Counted from the stretch's first letter, positions 16,056 through 33,962 are shown. The stretch is DNA of 64,000 nucleotides from the human T2T-CHM13v2.0 reference genome, Homo sapiens (GCA_009914755.4 CP068257.2:256001-320000), one strand, 5' to 3'. The notes: generated from the letters alone by a model not told the origin. Numbers and translations: made by a program.

Positions 16056-16102
<47 letters not shown>
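16056..16102. repeat. (TG)23 dinucleotide microsatellite
   Basis: Perfect tgtgtg… run of 47 bp, ~290 bp upstream of the large exon. Confidence 0.95.
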
Positions 16103-16104
<2 letters not shown>

Positions 16105-16396
16105 ACTTTTATAAATTCATTGACTTTAAATAAATTTCTGAACTTTTTGGAATTTATGCTCTATAAGGTTCAAAGTGTTGCTTCAACTTTGTCTCCAGTT
16201 GGATATCCACTTACAGTAACCTTTTTAGTGTATGGATGTGCAGGTTATTCTTTAACTTCAGAGGTAATCACGATATTTTATTGAGTACTAGCTAAAACTT
16301 TCTTTAGTTTTATTTAGGATTTTCATAATCATGAAGAAATGAAAGATCTGATGGATTAAAATTGCATTTTGAATACAGATATTGCTATATTCAGAC

Positions 16397-17163
16397 AGGA
16401 AATGTGCACAATGAAAAATGACAACCTGGAAAAAGAAAATAAATAACTTAAGGAAGTTAAAATTGTTAAAGAAACAAATGCTGTCCTTGAAAAGTATATA
16501 AAACTCAATGAGGAATTGATAACAATAACAGCATTCCGGTATCAACAAGAGCTTAATGATCTCAAAGCTGAGAATACAAGGCTCAGTTCCGGACTGTTGA
16601 AGGAAGAAGAAAGCAACAAAAGACTGGAAGCTGAAACTGAATCTTATCAGTCTAGACTGGCTGCTTCTATAAGTAAACACAGTGAAAGTGTGAAAACAGA
16701 AAGAAACCTAAAACTTGCTTTAGAGAGAACTCAAGATGTTTCCGTACAAGTAAAAATGAGTTCTGATATTTCCGAAGTAGAAGAATGAGTTTCTTACTGA
16801 ACAACTTTCTAAACCACAAATTAAATTCAATACCTTAAAAGATAAGTTCCGTAAGACAAGAGATACTCTCAGAAAAAAGTCATTGGCTTTAGAAACTGTA
16901 CATAACAACCTAAGCCAAACACAGCAGCAAATAAAGGAAATGAAAGAGATGTATGAAAATGCAGAAGCTAAAGAGAATAATTCCACTGGAAAGTGGAGCT
17001 GTGTAGAAGAGAGAATATGTCAACTCCAACATGAAAATCCGTGCATTGAACAGCAACTAGATGATGTTCATCAGAAAGAGTATCATAAAGAGATAATAAC
17101 TAATATCCAAAGAAGCTTTATTGAGAGTGGAAAGACCTCATGCTAGAAGAGAAAAATAAGAAG
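16397..17163 (+). pseudogene. large coiled-coil exon of the ANKRD26-like gene, disabled (in-frame TAA near 16441, TGA at 16786-16788, 1-bp frameshift near 16780-16800)
   Basis: ~770 nt of heptad-rich coding-like sequence in two offset frames (…LKEVKIVKETNAVLEKYIKLNEELITITAFRYQQELNDLKAENTRLSSGLLKEEESNKRLEAETESYQSRLAASISKHSESVKTERNLKLALERTQDVSVQVKMSSDISEVEE* then …LTEQLSKPQIKFNTLKDKFRKTRDTLRKKSLALETVHNNLSQTQQQIKEMKEMYENAEAKENNSTGKWSCVEERICQLQHENPCIEQQLDDVHQKEYHKEIITNIQRSFIESGKTS); donor AAG|gtaatg at 17164; the acceptor is uncertain (16376 or 16396). Confidence 0.6.
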
Positions 17164-18667
17164 GTAATGAATGAATGTGATCATTTAAAAGAAAGTCTCT
17201 TTCAATATGAGAGAGAGAAAGCAGAAAGAGTAGTAAGTATCAAGGAAGATAAATATTTTCAAACTTCTAGAAAGAAAATTTAAACATTTGGTTCTGGATA
17301 CATGTTGAACTTAGTTGAATATAAAAATCAATAGATAAAAAGTGTGTTTACCATACTGTATAATTCCATGTACGTGAAGCATCCAGAAAAGATAAACGTA
17401 TAGGGACAAAAAGTAGATTAATATTTGCAAAGGGCTGGGACTAGAAGCTGGTAGTGACTGCTAATGGGCATGAGGGATCTTGCAGTGATGGAAATGCTGT
17501 AAAGTTGGATTGTAGAGATGGCTGCACAACTCAGTAAATGGACTAAAAATCTTTTAACTTTAAGTTAAAACAGATACATTCTATAGTATGTAAATTATAT
17601 TTCAACAAAGCTGTTTTAATAAAAAAAGGAAAAATGTGTTTACTATATCAGCTTAGAAACATGCCTCATTTCTAGGAAATAAAAGGTAGAGATGAGAGAT
17701 GATTTACTTTGAGAAAAGACATTGTGTCACCTATGAAATTTTATTAGGCACAGAGTCATATTTTAAGATAGATAGTTCTGTACTGCTGAAATAATTTTAA
17801 TGACTTTATGTTGCCACATGTTAAGACCATAATGTAGGTATAAATGGAAATGTTTACACCTGAAATGAGTATTTTCAAATTAAAATTTAATTAAGTGATT
17901 TCCTTCGACACTTAATTCTAGACTTCCCAGATGAACTGAAGTGTATTGCTGTGTCTTGTAATACCTTGCTTTAAGTAGCTTTTTATGTGTTTTTTTTTTG
18001 GTATATCTTTGTTATTATTCATATTAATTTTAAAAATCTGAAAATACTTCAAATTACATATTTTTATGACTATGTAATGTTGTAAAGGCACCTACATGTC
18101 ATAAAATCATAATTTAGAATGAATGTAATAATTAGCAAAACTATGTTTGATTTAGTTTTGCCACTGGTATTTATAGTTTACTTTGACTATTTATATTAAT
18201 AATTAGCTCATAATTTTTATTTCAAGGCTCAATGACTATCGTTGGAATATAATTTTGTTCAGTACAGAGATACTTGTAGCTGCCTGTGATTTATGAGTAA
18301 GGCATTAGATCCCCATTTTCAGACTGAGGGGTGGCAGGCTTCACGTACAGTGGGAATGGAGTAATTACAGGAAGGAGTTGTAGGAGCTTTGAAGTCAGAG
18401 AGGGAGGTAGAGGACTGTTTACCTAGGGCCTCAAAGGCCATTGGAATTTCACTTTTATCCTGAGATAGGAATCTGTTGGAAGGATTTGAAAAGGTGATTG
18501 AATATGTTAGTCACTTTGAGGTTGAGTTGAGCTTCTAAGATGATTGAATGGTGGGATGAACCTGTTGTGTAAGTAAGAGAATACCAATTTGGCAGGGAGT
18601 TAAATATTATTAACATAATTTAATAATAAGGCAATTTATAAAATCAGTAACAAAAATATTTTCTCAG

Positions 18668-18743
18668 GTGGTTGTGAGACAACTTCAACAAGAAGCGGCT
18701 GACAGCCTAAAAAAATTAACTACGTTAGAGTCTCCACTGGAAG
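18668..18743 (+). CDS. exon of the ANKRD26-like gene (VVVRQLQQEAADSLKKLTTLESPLE)
   Basis: Acceptor ttttctcag| at 18666-18667, donor GGAAG|gtatgt at 18744; open frame. Confidence 0.55.
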
Positions 18744-19444
18744 GTATGTCACATTATCACATTAATTTGGATGAGACACAGGCCCCAAAGAAGAAATTAT
18801 TTCAAGTGAAAAGTCAAGTATGTATGGAATTTAACATGTCAACTCTTATTCTGTAGCTAGTTGAGTTTATATAACGTGTTTTAGGATACTAATTTTGGCA
18901 GAAGCTTGATTTTTTAGTTTCATTACAATGAATTATTTCCATTTTACTATCTTTATAATGTACTTATTTTTTTATATTGTGACTTTCATTCTACCATTTT
19001 GAAAAACCATTGCATACCTTTTCTGTTACAATATGTACCCTTGGAAAAGTGGAGAATTATATATCATTCCTCATAGAAAACTGACTTTTTTCCTGTAAAA
19101 ACAGTATTTTTAAGTAATTTTTGTATTGTTCTGATGAGGCAGGCCATATTAAATCAGAGGAGAATATTTCATGGAAAGTTCCAGAAAGTTGTCTTATTTC
19201 TTCACTTTCGTGAATGGACACAGAATCTGTGTCTATTTATTTCACAGATTGCAGGTTAACTTGTACAGAAAGGCCATTATACTATTCTTTGAAATGTGCA
19301 TGTTTTAGGTTAATTTACAAACTATTTGAAAATTTAGGCATTTTCTTTATCTTTAATTTAAAATATACTATAAAACTCTAAAAATATTTAGATTTGATAT
19401 AGCATGTAAGTCAAAAATTGAGAGTTGAGAAAATTATCTTGATC

Positions 19445-20000
19445 CTGCCTTTGGATTTTAAAAACAGTTTCACTGAGATATCATTCACATTTGAGAGAGT
19501 TCAACCATTTAAAATGTACAACTGAGTATCTATTAGTATATTCACAGCATTTTCATCACCCTGAAAAGCAACCCCACATCTCCTAGGCATGACTGCAGCC
19601 TTCCTCCATGTCCCTCCACCTACCCGTGTTGTAGGCAACCACCATCTATCTACTTTTGTCTCCATATATTTACCTGTTCTGTATATTTCGTATACATAGC
19701 GTTATACAATATGTAGTCCTTTGTGACTGGCTTTTTCACTTAGCATAATGCTTTCAGAATTCATGCATGTTTTAGCACACATGAGTAGTTTATTTCTTCT
19801 TATAGTTAAATGATGTACTATTCCATGGCTATACTGGTTTTCCATTCATTCATCAGTTGATGGACCTTTAAGTTAGCTTCCACTTTTTAGCTATTATGAA
19901 CAATGCTGCTGCGAACATTCACTTACAGGTTATTATGTGGACACGGGTTTTTATTTCCCTGCCATTGGACTTTATCCTCAGAGTTAATTGGGCAGATTTC
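19445..20000 (-). mobile_element. L1M-type (old mammalian L1) 3' end, antisense
   Basis: …catcaccctgaaaagcaaccccacatctcctaggc…ttcacttagcataatgctttcagaattcatgcatgtt…ccattcattcatcagttgatggacc… is typical of L1M 3' ends read in reverse. Confidence 0.6.
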
Positions 20001-21061
20001 AGCACTTGTCTTGCTCATGCTATCCTTTCTGCCTTCTCAGTTTCTGTTCATCTAGCCTCATTCACTCAGACGTGGCAGACAATTTATTGTTTTCATGAAG
20101 CTTTCTCTGACTGTTCTCTCGTTGACCTTATGTGTTAGCAATCGTTGTCTAGTCTGTGCAGAAAAACTTAGTCCTTAATTTTACATGGCTTTTATTTTTT
20201 TATGGAAGATAATTTTCTCTCATTATAAATTTGCTTAATGGGGGAATAGTATATAATATGTATGTCACCTATCCTTGCATACATTGAAAATATTTTAGCT
20301 TAGAAGTTTGTAGCATAGAATTCAATACTTCTTTATACCATACCAATTATTTCTTCTTTGAGACCTTGACACAGTAAGGTTTATATTCTAAGTGTATTTT
20401 TAGCAATTAAATATCAAAGCCAACCCAATTAGTCTAATACAGGAGACTCGTTCAATCACATGTTTATGTTTTTCTCTCTATGAAAAAGAATCTAAATTGG
20501 CCTTTTTTCACTATGCAGCAGAACTGTGTTTCTGGACCTCTACCAGTTTGTCAGCTGAGCAGTTCTGGCTGCAGCTTGTCTGTTGACGGATAGCACAGCC
20601 CCTCTATCTGAGTGCTCAGCAGAGTGCTTGTGAAGGCAGCACCACAGCAACAGTTGCTCAGAGCGAACGGATTCAGGAGCCTCAATTTAGCAATAGAGTC
20701 CAGGGTTTTCAGCTCAGTGTCTTTAGCCTGTCTCTGCTGGTCATGTCAGTTATGTTCTATTCAATCCAGGAGGTGCTGTTTACGTTGTAGTACATATATA
20801 GTCACTGCCTAATGAGTCATACAGAGAGAAAAGTAAGTTATAAATTATGTCCCCCATTTGCTGCAACTCTCAGTGGTAAGAATGATTCAGTGCAGCTATA
20901 GGAGAATACTTCCATTGGCATGCCACCTGCCTAACTTACACAATTTTGTTAAGATATGCAATAAAATTATTATGCTAATAGCAAATATTTTATGTAGCTC
21001 ACTATGTTCCACGTAGTCTTCTAAGTGCTTCATGTTAGTCCCAAGTTAAACACCTGGTTTT

Positions 21062-21333
21062 GGAAGGCTGAGGCAGGAGGATCGCTTGAGCCCAGGAGTT
21101 TGAAACCAGCCAGAGCAATATGGTGAGACCCGGTCTCTAAAAAAAAAAAAAAAAAAAAAAATTAAACACTTAGCTGAGGCATGGTGATGCATGCCTATAG
21201 TCCCAGCTACATTGGGAGGCTGTGGTAGGAGGGTCATTTGAGCTTGGAATATTGAGGCTGTAGTGAACGGTGATCAAGCCACTGCACTCCAGGCTGGGTA
21301 ACAGAGGGAGACTCTGTCTCATAAATAAAACAT
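21062..21333 (+). mobile_element. Alu SINE, 5' truncated, with internal poly(A)
   Basis: gaggctgaggcaggaggatcgcttgagcccaggagtttgaaaccagcc…a23…gcatgcctatagtcccagctac…cactgcactccaggctgggtaacagagggagactctgtctc. Confidence 0.8.
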
Positions 21334-21718
21334 TTTCTATAGATTCCCATAAAAGTGAGTTAGACATCAGTCATAGAATTATTAGCCACTTTGATGTCTA
21401 CCTTGGGAGTAAAACATATAATAAGGGGCAGCTTTAAACCATCTCAATCAATAGCCTCCAACTTCTTGAGAAGGTTCTTATTTCATGAACTTCTAAACAA
21501 GAGACTACCTGGATTAAGACATTTGGTGGACACCATTTTGAGATGAAGAATCTTGAGTGAGAAGAAGGGAGATCTCTACTTACTGAAGCTTCCCAATGAC
21601 ATAGTTAAGTGTCCCCCAAAAGAAACTTTAGAACAAGACTTTCATCATGCCACATCTCTATGGAAAAGGAATTTCTTTAAAAGAAAATAAAGGCAAACAA
21701 TTGATAATCTGATTCTCA

Positions 21719-22183
<465 letters not shown>

Positions 22184-22420
22184 TCAAAGTAACATTAATG
22201 AGAACCAACATAAAATAGACAAGATTCACTATCTACAAAAGTAATCTGCACCAATTAGCAATGTATGAGCATGTGGTTGAGAATATTGTCTATAATATGT
22301 GTACTAGAACGAAGAGACCTCAAGAAAATGGTCAGAGCTGGAAATGTAGATTTGGGAATCTAGGTCAAAGTTTTGAGATTTTAGGAGTCCTGAGAGAATT
22401 TAAAAAGAGAATTAGCCACC

Positions 22421-24388
<1,968 letters not shown>

Positions 24389-25115
24389 GCAGAGGGAGCA
24401 TTTGGTCACTGCTCTGCTGAGTACAGCAGGATAAAGTCCTTCATGACCCTTGGACTTTTTTATTGGGATTATTAAAAATCAGATTTCAGTATAAAAAACA
24501 CCATAATTGATGAAAAATAGATTTCTGAATGAGACCATGTGCCATAGAGTCCAATGGAAGGGGAGAAACAGGATAATAGAAAAGCCACAAAAAGTAGACA
24601 AAAGTTGTTTTTATTATAGAAAAAATATACTTTATTTAAAGAGAAATGGTTAAGAGAAAGGGAAAAACTGAAACCTATGGGTGAATACTTAGAATGACAG
24701 TATTTAGCTCAACCTGAAGACAGATGAGGATGAAAAATGTAATGGGAACTAGATAAGAGTTTTTTAAAAATTGTCTTAGTAAGATGTAATTTAAGAAAAC
24801 TTGGAATATCTTAAACTACTAAAGACAATATTTCTAGAGCACCTTTAAAAACTAAAATGTAAATATAACTACTCTTTTTTTTAACTAACCCTTAGTATTT
24901 TGTGTGTAAAAACCCTCATTTGTAACAAACATTTTTGGCAGTTTAAATTTCAGAAAAGATAACGATGAAAATTTGAAACACTTATAGCAGTTTTAAGAAA
25001 AGTGACTATTTTTGAAATCTGCCCTTATTGGCATCAGGTTTACAAAATGCACTTTATACACCTGCCTAAATACATATTACTCATCCACTTATGAGAAATA
25101 ATATTTTTGAGATAA

Positions 25116-25307
<192 letters not shown>

Positions 25308-25519
25308 TAACCACTTATTAATTGATTTAACTCTAATTTTACTTGACTAAAACCTAGATACAAATTCATTTTAAGTTTGCATTTTCATAATTAAATTAAT
25401 TCTATTTTAAAATGTATTTCAGAAACTCACAGCACAACTTTTTAGACATGTGTGTCATGGGGGCAGGAGTCAGCTGAGCTGCTGGGGCAAGGTGAAATTT
25501 TTTTTGAATGCCAAAATAT

Positions 25520-25794
25520 TTTTTTTTTCTTTTTGAGAAAGAGTCTGGCTCTGTTTCCCAGGCTGGAGTGCAATGGCACGGTCTTGGCTCACTGCAACCT
25601 ATGCCTCCAAGCAATTTTCCTGCCTCAGCCTCCTGATTAGCTGGCATTACAGGCATGTGCCACCACGCCCAGCTAATTTTTGTATTTTTAGTAGAGATGG
25701 GGTTTTGCCAAGTTGATCAGGCTGGTCTTGAATTCCTGACCTCGTGATCTGCTGCCTCGGCCTCCCAAAGTGACGTGAGCCACCATGCCCGGCC
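25520..25794 (-). mobile_element. Alu SINE (antisense)
   Basis: tttttttttctttttgagaaagagtctggctctgtttcccaggctggagtgcaatggcacg … cctcggcctcccaaagtgacgtgagccaccatgcccggcc. Confidence 0.9.
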
Positions 25795-26687
25795 ACTTAT
25801 TCTTTCATGATTTTGAAAACAATGACCAAGCCTTGGACATATAATGTCCAGTGCACTCTTCATTATCTAGTTTGAATTTTTATTTCTGAAGATATGTTTT
25901 GCTGTCTGTGGTCATTTTTTCTTCCTTTTGTAGTATCCTCTGCTGCATTCAAATTTCTTAAAGAAGACTTGTTTGTGTCATTCTTTAACATCAAATTTAT
26001 CTTGATATGTAGCTTATATTTTGTTTCTGCTTCTTTTTATTTTAGATATAAAACATATCATGGAAATTTACTCATTGTAGATGAGTACCTCTGTTGTATA
26101 CATGAAGTATACATGTTATTAAACTTGTTTTACATAAATAAATTTCATATATATAAATATATGTATAACTTGAAGAAAAAGTAAAATGAACATTTATGTT
26201 TTGATCACAGATTTTTTTTAAAACAACGGAATCTGTCTTTGAAGCCTTGAACACAGCTACTTTTCTATTTATTTACTGAGCACTTAATTTGGTTTTCTGA
26301 TTCGAATCAACATTTTTCTGTCATTGCCTTTCTCTACATGGTTTTGTGTCTCTTTAATTTTGTTGACATTATGTCAGCAAAGATGTCTAGATCTCTTCTT
26401 CAAAGTCTTTAAATCGTCACACATCTCTCCGCCCCTTTCCTTTTTTCTAAAACTGCCTGTTTCCTTTTTCTCCTCAACTCAGATATTAAAGATGTTTTCT
26501 TCTCTTTTTCTACATTGAAAGATCTCCTTGATGCTTTTGGTGTGTACTTTTTTTTCTCTGATAGACTGTGGTCAATGCATATCAAAATGTATTTTTTGAC
26601 TTTTTCAAACGTATGTGTTTTACTTTTTTATCTTGGTTACTTATCTCTGGGTTATGGCTTATATTTAGTTATAGGTTATTTTACCTA

Positions 26688-27047
<360 letters not shown>

Positions 27048-27272
27048 TTATAATATCACTTTACCTGCCATATATGACATAAAATTGTTCTTCATATTAT
27101 TTATCTAAGATTATAATTTCATATAGAATGCTTTTAAACTATGTTCAGTTGAAACTGAAAGGAACATAGTTTATAGATTTGTTTCCTTGATATGCCATAA
27201 CATATATTTAAACAATTATTAAATATTTACTCTTAAAAATACTTGACTTACTAATTCTGTACATTTCTGCAG

Positions 27273-27920
<648 letters not shown>

Positions 27921-28579
27921 TGGTAATTTTAAATCAGTTTTTGTATTAAAAATCATGCATTTTGGAAAATATTGATAATGGAAAAACCCAAATTCTGCCA
28001 AAATATGTTGAGAAAATAGAGGGTAAATATATCTTTTCAAACTTTAAATGCCTCAGGCTCTTAGTTAATCTTCCCCAGATCTGGGAAGACCTAGAAGGGG
28101 AGAGATTGGGCTACCTTAATGAGGGCCATTTCAATCTCTTGGCCTGCAGCAGCCATTTCAAAATACGTCAAAAAATATATTTGGGGGTAAAATATTTTGA
28201 TTTCCTTCAGCCTCTTCTCTCTGTGATGCTGCACCAGAATCAGATTAGAAAGGAAGCCACATTATAAGTGTTAATAAAACCCATCTGATGAGATTTGATA
28301 GTTTGAAGGGTGTGTTTCCCAGACCCTTTAGATAGAATTTGGGGCCAAAGAAAACAAGGTCTTATTCCTCTGTATAAATCTGTCAGTGCTTTAAGCAGTG
28401 AAAGAAAGATTTTTCATTTAATTTTACAGACTTGAAACTAATGAAAAGGATAGCTTGTAAAATATAAATCTCTTTTTCTATAAAAAGGACATGTTGTTGA
28501 TTCTCTTAGACCTTGAACCCTGGCCAGTGATTTGAAACCAAGCAGTACCTATCTCCGGATCTCTAGTACCAAATTAATT

Positions 28580-30460
28580 CGGGGTGGGGGGGTAACAGCT
28601 TTATTGAGAAATAATGAAAACACCATGCAATTCACTCATTTAAAGTATACAATTCATTAACTTTAGTATTTTCAGAGTTATGCCATCATCATTACAATTA
28701 ATTTTAGAACATTTTCATCACCCTAAAAACAAACCCCACATCATTTAGCCATCTTCACTAGTTTTCCCTTCCTCCCTCAGCCCTAGGGAACCACCCAGCT
28801 TCTTTGTATAGATTTGCCTATAAGCCTCTGAAATAAAAAGCAAGTGGTCTGCTGGGACTGGCTTATTTCACTTAGCATAATTTTTCATGCTGCATCTGTG
28901 CTGTAGCAGGTATAGATGCTGGGCTTTTGCTCCTTAGTTCAGCTACATCTGGGTTCTTCTCTCGTGACCAGGAAAAATTAAGCATGCAGACACATTGAGG
29001 AGGGCAGAATTTATTATGTGAAAGGACAGCTCTCAGCAAAGAGAGGGGTCCTGCAAACAGGTTTCCACCTCACAATTGAATACCAGGAGCACATGAGCTG
29101 AAGCGGCCAGGCTCCTCCTCAGCATAAGGCGTGAATTCCTGGTGACCCCACCCCATCCCCCCACTGCATGTGGGCCTCCGGTCTGCTGCGGGCATGTCCA
29201 GGCAAGACAAGTCCAGCTTCCCTTATCTGCACATAACATCTGGTGAAAACACTTGTGGGGCTGGTTGGAGATTCTCCGGGGACCCTTCCGTATATGCCTA
29301 GGCATTTTGCTGTCTCCTCCTAATACGATATCTGTACTTAATTTCTTCTTATTGCTGAGTAATAATCCATTGTATGGATACATCAAACATTTTATTTATC
29401 CATTCGCCAGGTGATGGGACCTTTGGGTTCTCTCCCACCCAAAGGTGACAGACGTTCTGGTTCTTTACACCTTTTGACTACTATTAATAATGCTGCTGTA
29501 AACATTTATGTATGAGTTTTTGTGCTTGTGTATGTTTTTATTTTTCTGGAGTATATACTTATGACTGGAATTTCTGTGTCATATGGTAACTTTATGCTTA
29601 ACCCTTTAAGGAGCTGCCAGTTTGTTTTCCAAAGTGGCTGCATCACTTTACATTCCCAGCAACATTAGATAAGGGTTTTAATTTCTTTACATTTTTTTCT
29701 AACACTCTTTTTTCTTGAACAAAGATTTTATCCTGTGGTGTGAAGTGATACCACATGTGGTTTTGATTTACATTTTCCTAATGACTAATTACATTAAGCA
29801 TCTATTAATGTGCTTATCCATCTTTATATCTTCTTTGCAGATATATCTATTCAAAATCTTTGACCATTTTTTAAAATTGGCTTATCTTGTTATTTATTAA
29901 TTGCAAGAGTTATTTATATTTCCTCTATATGTAAGTCCCTTATCAGATACACGCTTTTCAAATACTTTCTTCTACTTGGCGTCTTACCTTTTCACTTCTT
30001 CATACTGTCTTCTGAGGCACAGCAGTTTTCAATTTTGAAGTCCATTGAATCCATTTTTCCTTTGGAGTCATAGCTAAGAAAACACTGGCAAATGCAGACA
30101 CAAAGATTTATGCCAGTGTTTTCTTCTGAGGGTTTTATAGTTTTAGCTTTTACAGTTAACTATTTTATTTTGAGTTAATTTTTAAATAAGATATTTGGTC
30201 GAACTTTATTTATTTTTTGCTTATGGATACCCAGTTGTCCCAGAACCATTTGTTGAAAAGACTATTCTTTTCCCATTGTGTTCTTTCGTTAAGTTTGTAT
30301 AAAATCAATTGACTGTAAAAGTGCAAGCTTATTTTTAGATTGTCAATTCTTAGCTTCTTTATGTCTATTCTTATGTCAAGGCCCAATCGAATTGAATGAG
30401 AAGTTTTTTTCAATCATGTTGCATATTACCAGTTGTCTTATGTCATAATAAAAATTAAAT
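28580..30460 (-). mobile_element. L1M-type old L1 3' portion (antisense) with an unclassified ~400-bp insertion at ~28935-29345
   Basis: …tttattgagaaataatgaaaacaccatgcaattcactcatttaaagtatacaattcat…cattttcatcaccctaaaaacaaaccccacatcatttagccatc…ttatttcacttagcataatttttcatg… and downstream L1M ORF2-antisense motifs (ccagttgtcccagaaccatttgttgaaaagactattcttttcccattg). Confidence 0.6.
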
Positions 30461-32084
30461 TTAGTGGAATATCTGTAACTTCACCTTTTGTCTCACAAAG
30501 GAGTCTCTGGCCAGCTTATACCTTACTTCATCTAAGACATGATCAGACGCCAGGCTTACAAGACACATTTAATTTCTTTTTTTCTCCATTCAAGCCTTTA
30601 GTCTCTTTTCCATTGCCTCCCGCTATAGTTATATTTTCAGTAAGTTTTGGTCGCAGGATCTGCTGACATAGTCTAATATTTAGTGCATTATGTTTTACTA
30701 ACTCATTATAATTCATAGAACCTTCCATAGATGTTTACCATCGAGGAAGGAGAAGTTTAAGTCTGAGCCACCAGCTTTCCTCAGTGGAAATCAAGTGAAG
30801 TCATCATCTTGCAGTTTACAGACCCTCTTTCCTCCTGGTAGCTGGTTCTCTTGGGTAGTACTGTGGCTAATCCTTTTCTTAGTGCAGATCTTGCATTCTC
30901 AGAGACCACAGTTCCCTGTATTGACCTCCTTTTACTGAAACAGAGATGCACAGCTCTGCTTTCTAGCTCAGTAGAGGATTCTTGGAAAAAAACGTTTAAC
31001 TCATTCCAAGAAAAAGTCTTAGGAGTGCAGCACTTCAAAATCAGGTAATGTTCAGGCAATTTATCAGAGACACATAGTAGATTAGTATTTTGACTTTCAA
31101 AATTTCGGAGCCAATTTGTGTGCTATAGAGAAGCATTGTGGCATAACATAGAGATGGGATGGTCTTAACTTCTCCATACAAACAAGCTTGGAGTAAGGTA
31201 AAGGAGAAATTGCATTTGATGTCTTAACACTCAAAACACACTATGCTTATTTTACTTCTGTGAAGACTAAAAATCATTCCATAGTCTCCTTATTTGCTCA
31301 TTTAGAAAAGAAAATGAAAATTGAATACTAGGTTGATTAATAAACACTCAAAGCTTCTTCTTTTAGAATTTTAGTTAATTGAAATCAGGTAAATGTCTGA
31401 TTTTGCCTATGTCGCCAAGTATTTCTAGTTGTTTTTCAAATCATACATCTTCTTGCTTCCCAGTCTTATTTCCTAACTTGAGGGAAAAGTGTAAGGAGAC
31501 ATCCTTGCCTTGTTATCAGAGTTCATAATTGAAGGAGTTTTAGGAAAATTCCTCCTCAGCAGCTTATGTCTCTCTCCTGGTTATCTGCTGCTTCTCAATA
31601 ATGTTTGACATCAATAAATAAATCTCAACATTTATTAGATCCTACTTTAAAAGAGACTTTTCTGCTGCATAAGTTATGTTTCCTGTTGTCTCTTTTTAAA
31701 AGTTATTTTTCTAACAATTACCCAGAATCTTGTGGCTTGAAAGAAAAACATTTATTTTGTTCATGAACCTGTGGTTTGGGAAAAACTTGGCCAGGACAGC
31801 TTGTCTCTGCTCCCTTCAGCTTCCCTAGGAACAGCTGATCAGTTGGGGAAATGGAGTCCTCTGAAGCTTTGGTCACCCACTTGTTTGATGGTTGATGCTG
31901 GCCATCGGCTGTAAACTTGGTTGGGACAGGCAGCATGAACACTGACACAGGCACTTTCAGGCTCTCACAATTGGGGCTGGGTTCCAAGGGAAAACAGTCT
32001 GAGATAGGGAAACCACATGGTATCCCTTTCACTACATTCTACTCATTAGAAGGAAGTCAGTAAGGCTGGCCCATATTCTGCTTT

Positions 32085-33960
32085 TTAAATGGGATGAATG
32101 TAGCTTCTCTTTTGTTTTAATTGACACATATATACATAATTATGGGCTATAGAGTGATATTTTTATACATGTATATAGTGTGTAATGATCAAGCTAACTA
32201 GCACATTTACTACTTCAACCATTTTTCATTTCTTTGAATTGTGAACATTCAAAATCTTCTGGCTTTTTAAAAATATACAATAAGTCATAGTTAACCATAT
32301 TCACCCTACAATGCCACAGAACACCAGAACCCACTCCTCTTATCTAACTGTAATTCTGTATCCATTAACCAGCCTCACCTCCCCTACTTCTGTGAGCTTT
32401 TTTTTGTTAAGAGACAGGGTCTTGCTAGTGTAGTCTGGGCTCTGGGCAACTGTAGTCACCCAGACTGGAGACAGTGGTTTGATCATAGTTCACTGCAGCC
32501 TCAAACTCTTGGGCCCATCTGATCCTCACACCTCAGCCTCCTGAGCAGCTGGCATTATGGGCATGCACCATTGCACTTGTCTGATTTTTGACTTTGTAGA
32601 GATATCTCCCTATGTTGCCCAGGGAGCTCTGGAACTTTTGGCCTCAAATGATTCTCTTGCCTTGGTCTTACAAAGAGCTAGGAAATTACAGGCATCAGCC
32701 ATATTGCCCAGCCTTCAATTTTCCTTTAGCTCCCACACATGAGTAAGAATGTGCAGTATTTCTCTTTCTGTGTCTGCACTTAACATAACATCCGTCAGAC
32801 TGATCCACGTGGCCACGAATAATAGGATTTAATTCCTTTATACGGTGAATAGTATTCCACTGTGTTTGTGTGCCACAGTTTTTCGTCCATTCATTTGGTG
32901 ATGGACATGTAGGTTGATTCCATACACAAGCTGTTGTGGATAGTGCTACAGTAAACATATGAGGACAGGTATCCTTTTGATCTATTGTTTTCTTTTCTAT
33001 TGCCTGAATACCCAGTAGTGGGATTGCTGGATCCCTCGGCAGTCCCATTATTAGTTTTTTTGAGAAAACCTCCTGTTGTTCTCTATAGTGGCTGCACTAA
33101 TTTACCTTCCCACCAACAGCATGTAAGAGTTTACTGTTCTCTGGAGCCTCACGAGCATTTGTTATTTTTTTTGTCTTTTCAATGACAGCAATTTATTCAA
33201 ATTGAAGCAAGATTATATCACATTGTAGATTTGATTTGTATTTCCCTGAGGATTAGTGATACTGAGCATTTTAAAATTTATTTATTGGTTATTTGTATTT
33301 CTTTTTCTAAAAAAAAGTATAGTTACATATTTTGCCCAATTTTAAACTCAGATTTTTTTTACTGTGAAGTTGTTTGAGTTTTTTTGTATATTTTGTATAT
33401 TAGTCCCTTATTAGGTGAACAACTTGACAATATTTTCTCCTATTCTACAGGTTTTTTCTTCACTCAGTTGTTTGTTGGACAGAAGCTCTTTAGCTTAATG
33501 TAGTGTCATTTGTCTATGATTTGTTGTTTGCCTATGCTTCTGATGTCTTACCCATAAAAATCTTTGTGCAGACTAATATCCTCAAGCATTTTCCCTATAT
33601 TTACTTAGAGTAGTTTGATAATTTTGGGCCTTACATTTCAGTCTTCAATCGATTCTGAGTTTATGTTGTTATATGGTGTTACATAGGAAGCTAATATCAT
33701 TCTTCTCCATATGGATATTTAGTTTTCCCAGTGTCATTCATTTGAAGAGGCTGTCCTTTCCCCAGCGTATGTTCTTGGCATGTTCGTCCAAAATCAGTTG
33801 GCTGGAAATATGTGGATTTATTTCTGGGTGCCGTATTCTATGGTCTTTACTCCAAGAATCATTACTTCTTAAAATGCAATTCAAATTAGCATGAAACATT
33901 TGCAGTTTAAGGAAAGGCTTATAGCATCAGAATCCTTAATCATAGATTTCATTATTTTGT
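32085..33960 (-). mobile_element. L1 (L1P/L1MA-like) 3' UTR plus ORF2 3' part, antisense, split by an Alu
   Basis: L1 3'UTR antisense (ttttaattgacacatatatacataattatgggctatagagtgatatttttatacatgtatatagtgtgtaatgatcaagctaactagcacatttactacttcaaccatttttcatttctttg) and ORF2 antisense (ttattgcctgaatacccagtagtgggattgctggatc…ctgcactaatttaccttcccaccaacagcatgtaagag). Confidence 0.65.
32396..32712 (-). mobile_element. Alu SINE (antisense, old/diverged) nested in the L1
   Basis: ttttttgttaagagacagggtcttgctagtgtagtctgggctctgg…gcctcctgagcagctggcattatgggcatgcaccattgcac…attacaggcatcagccatattgcccagcc. Confidence 0.85.
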
Positions 33961-33962
33961 GT

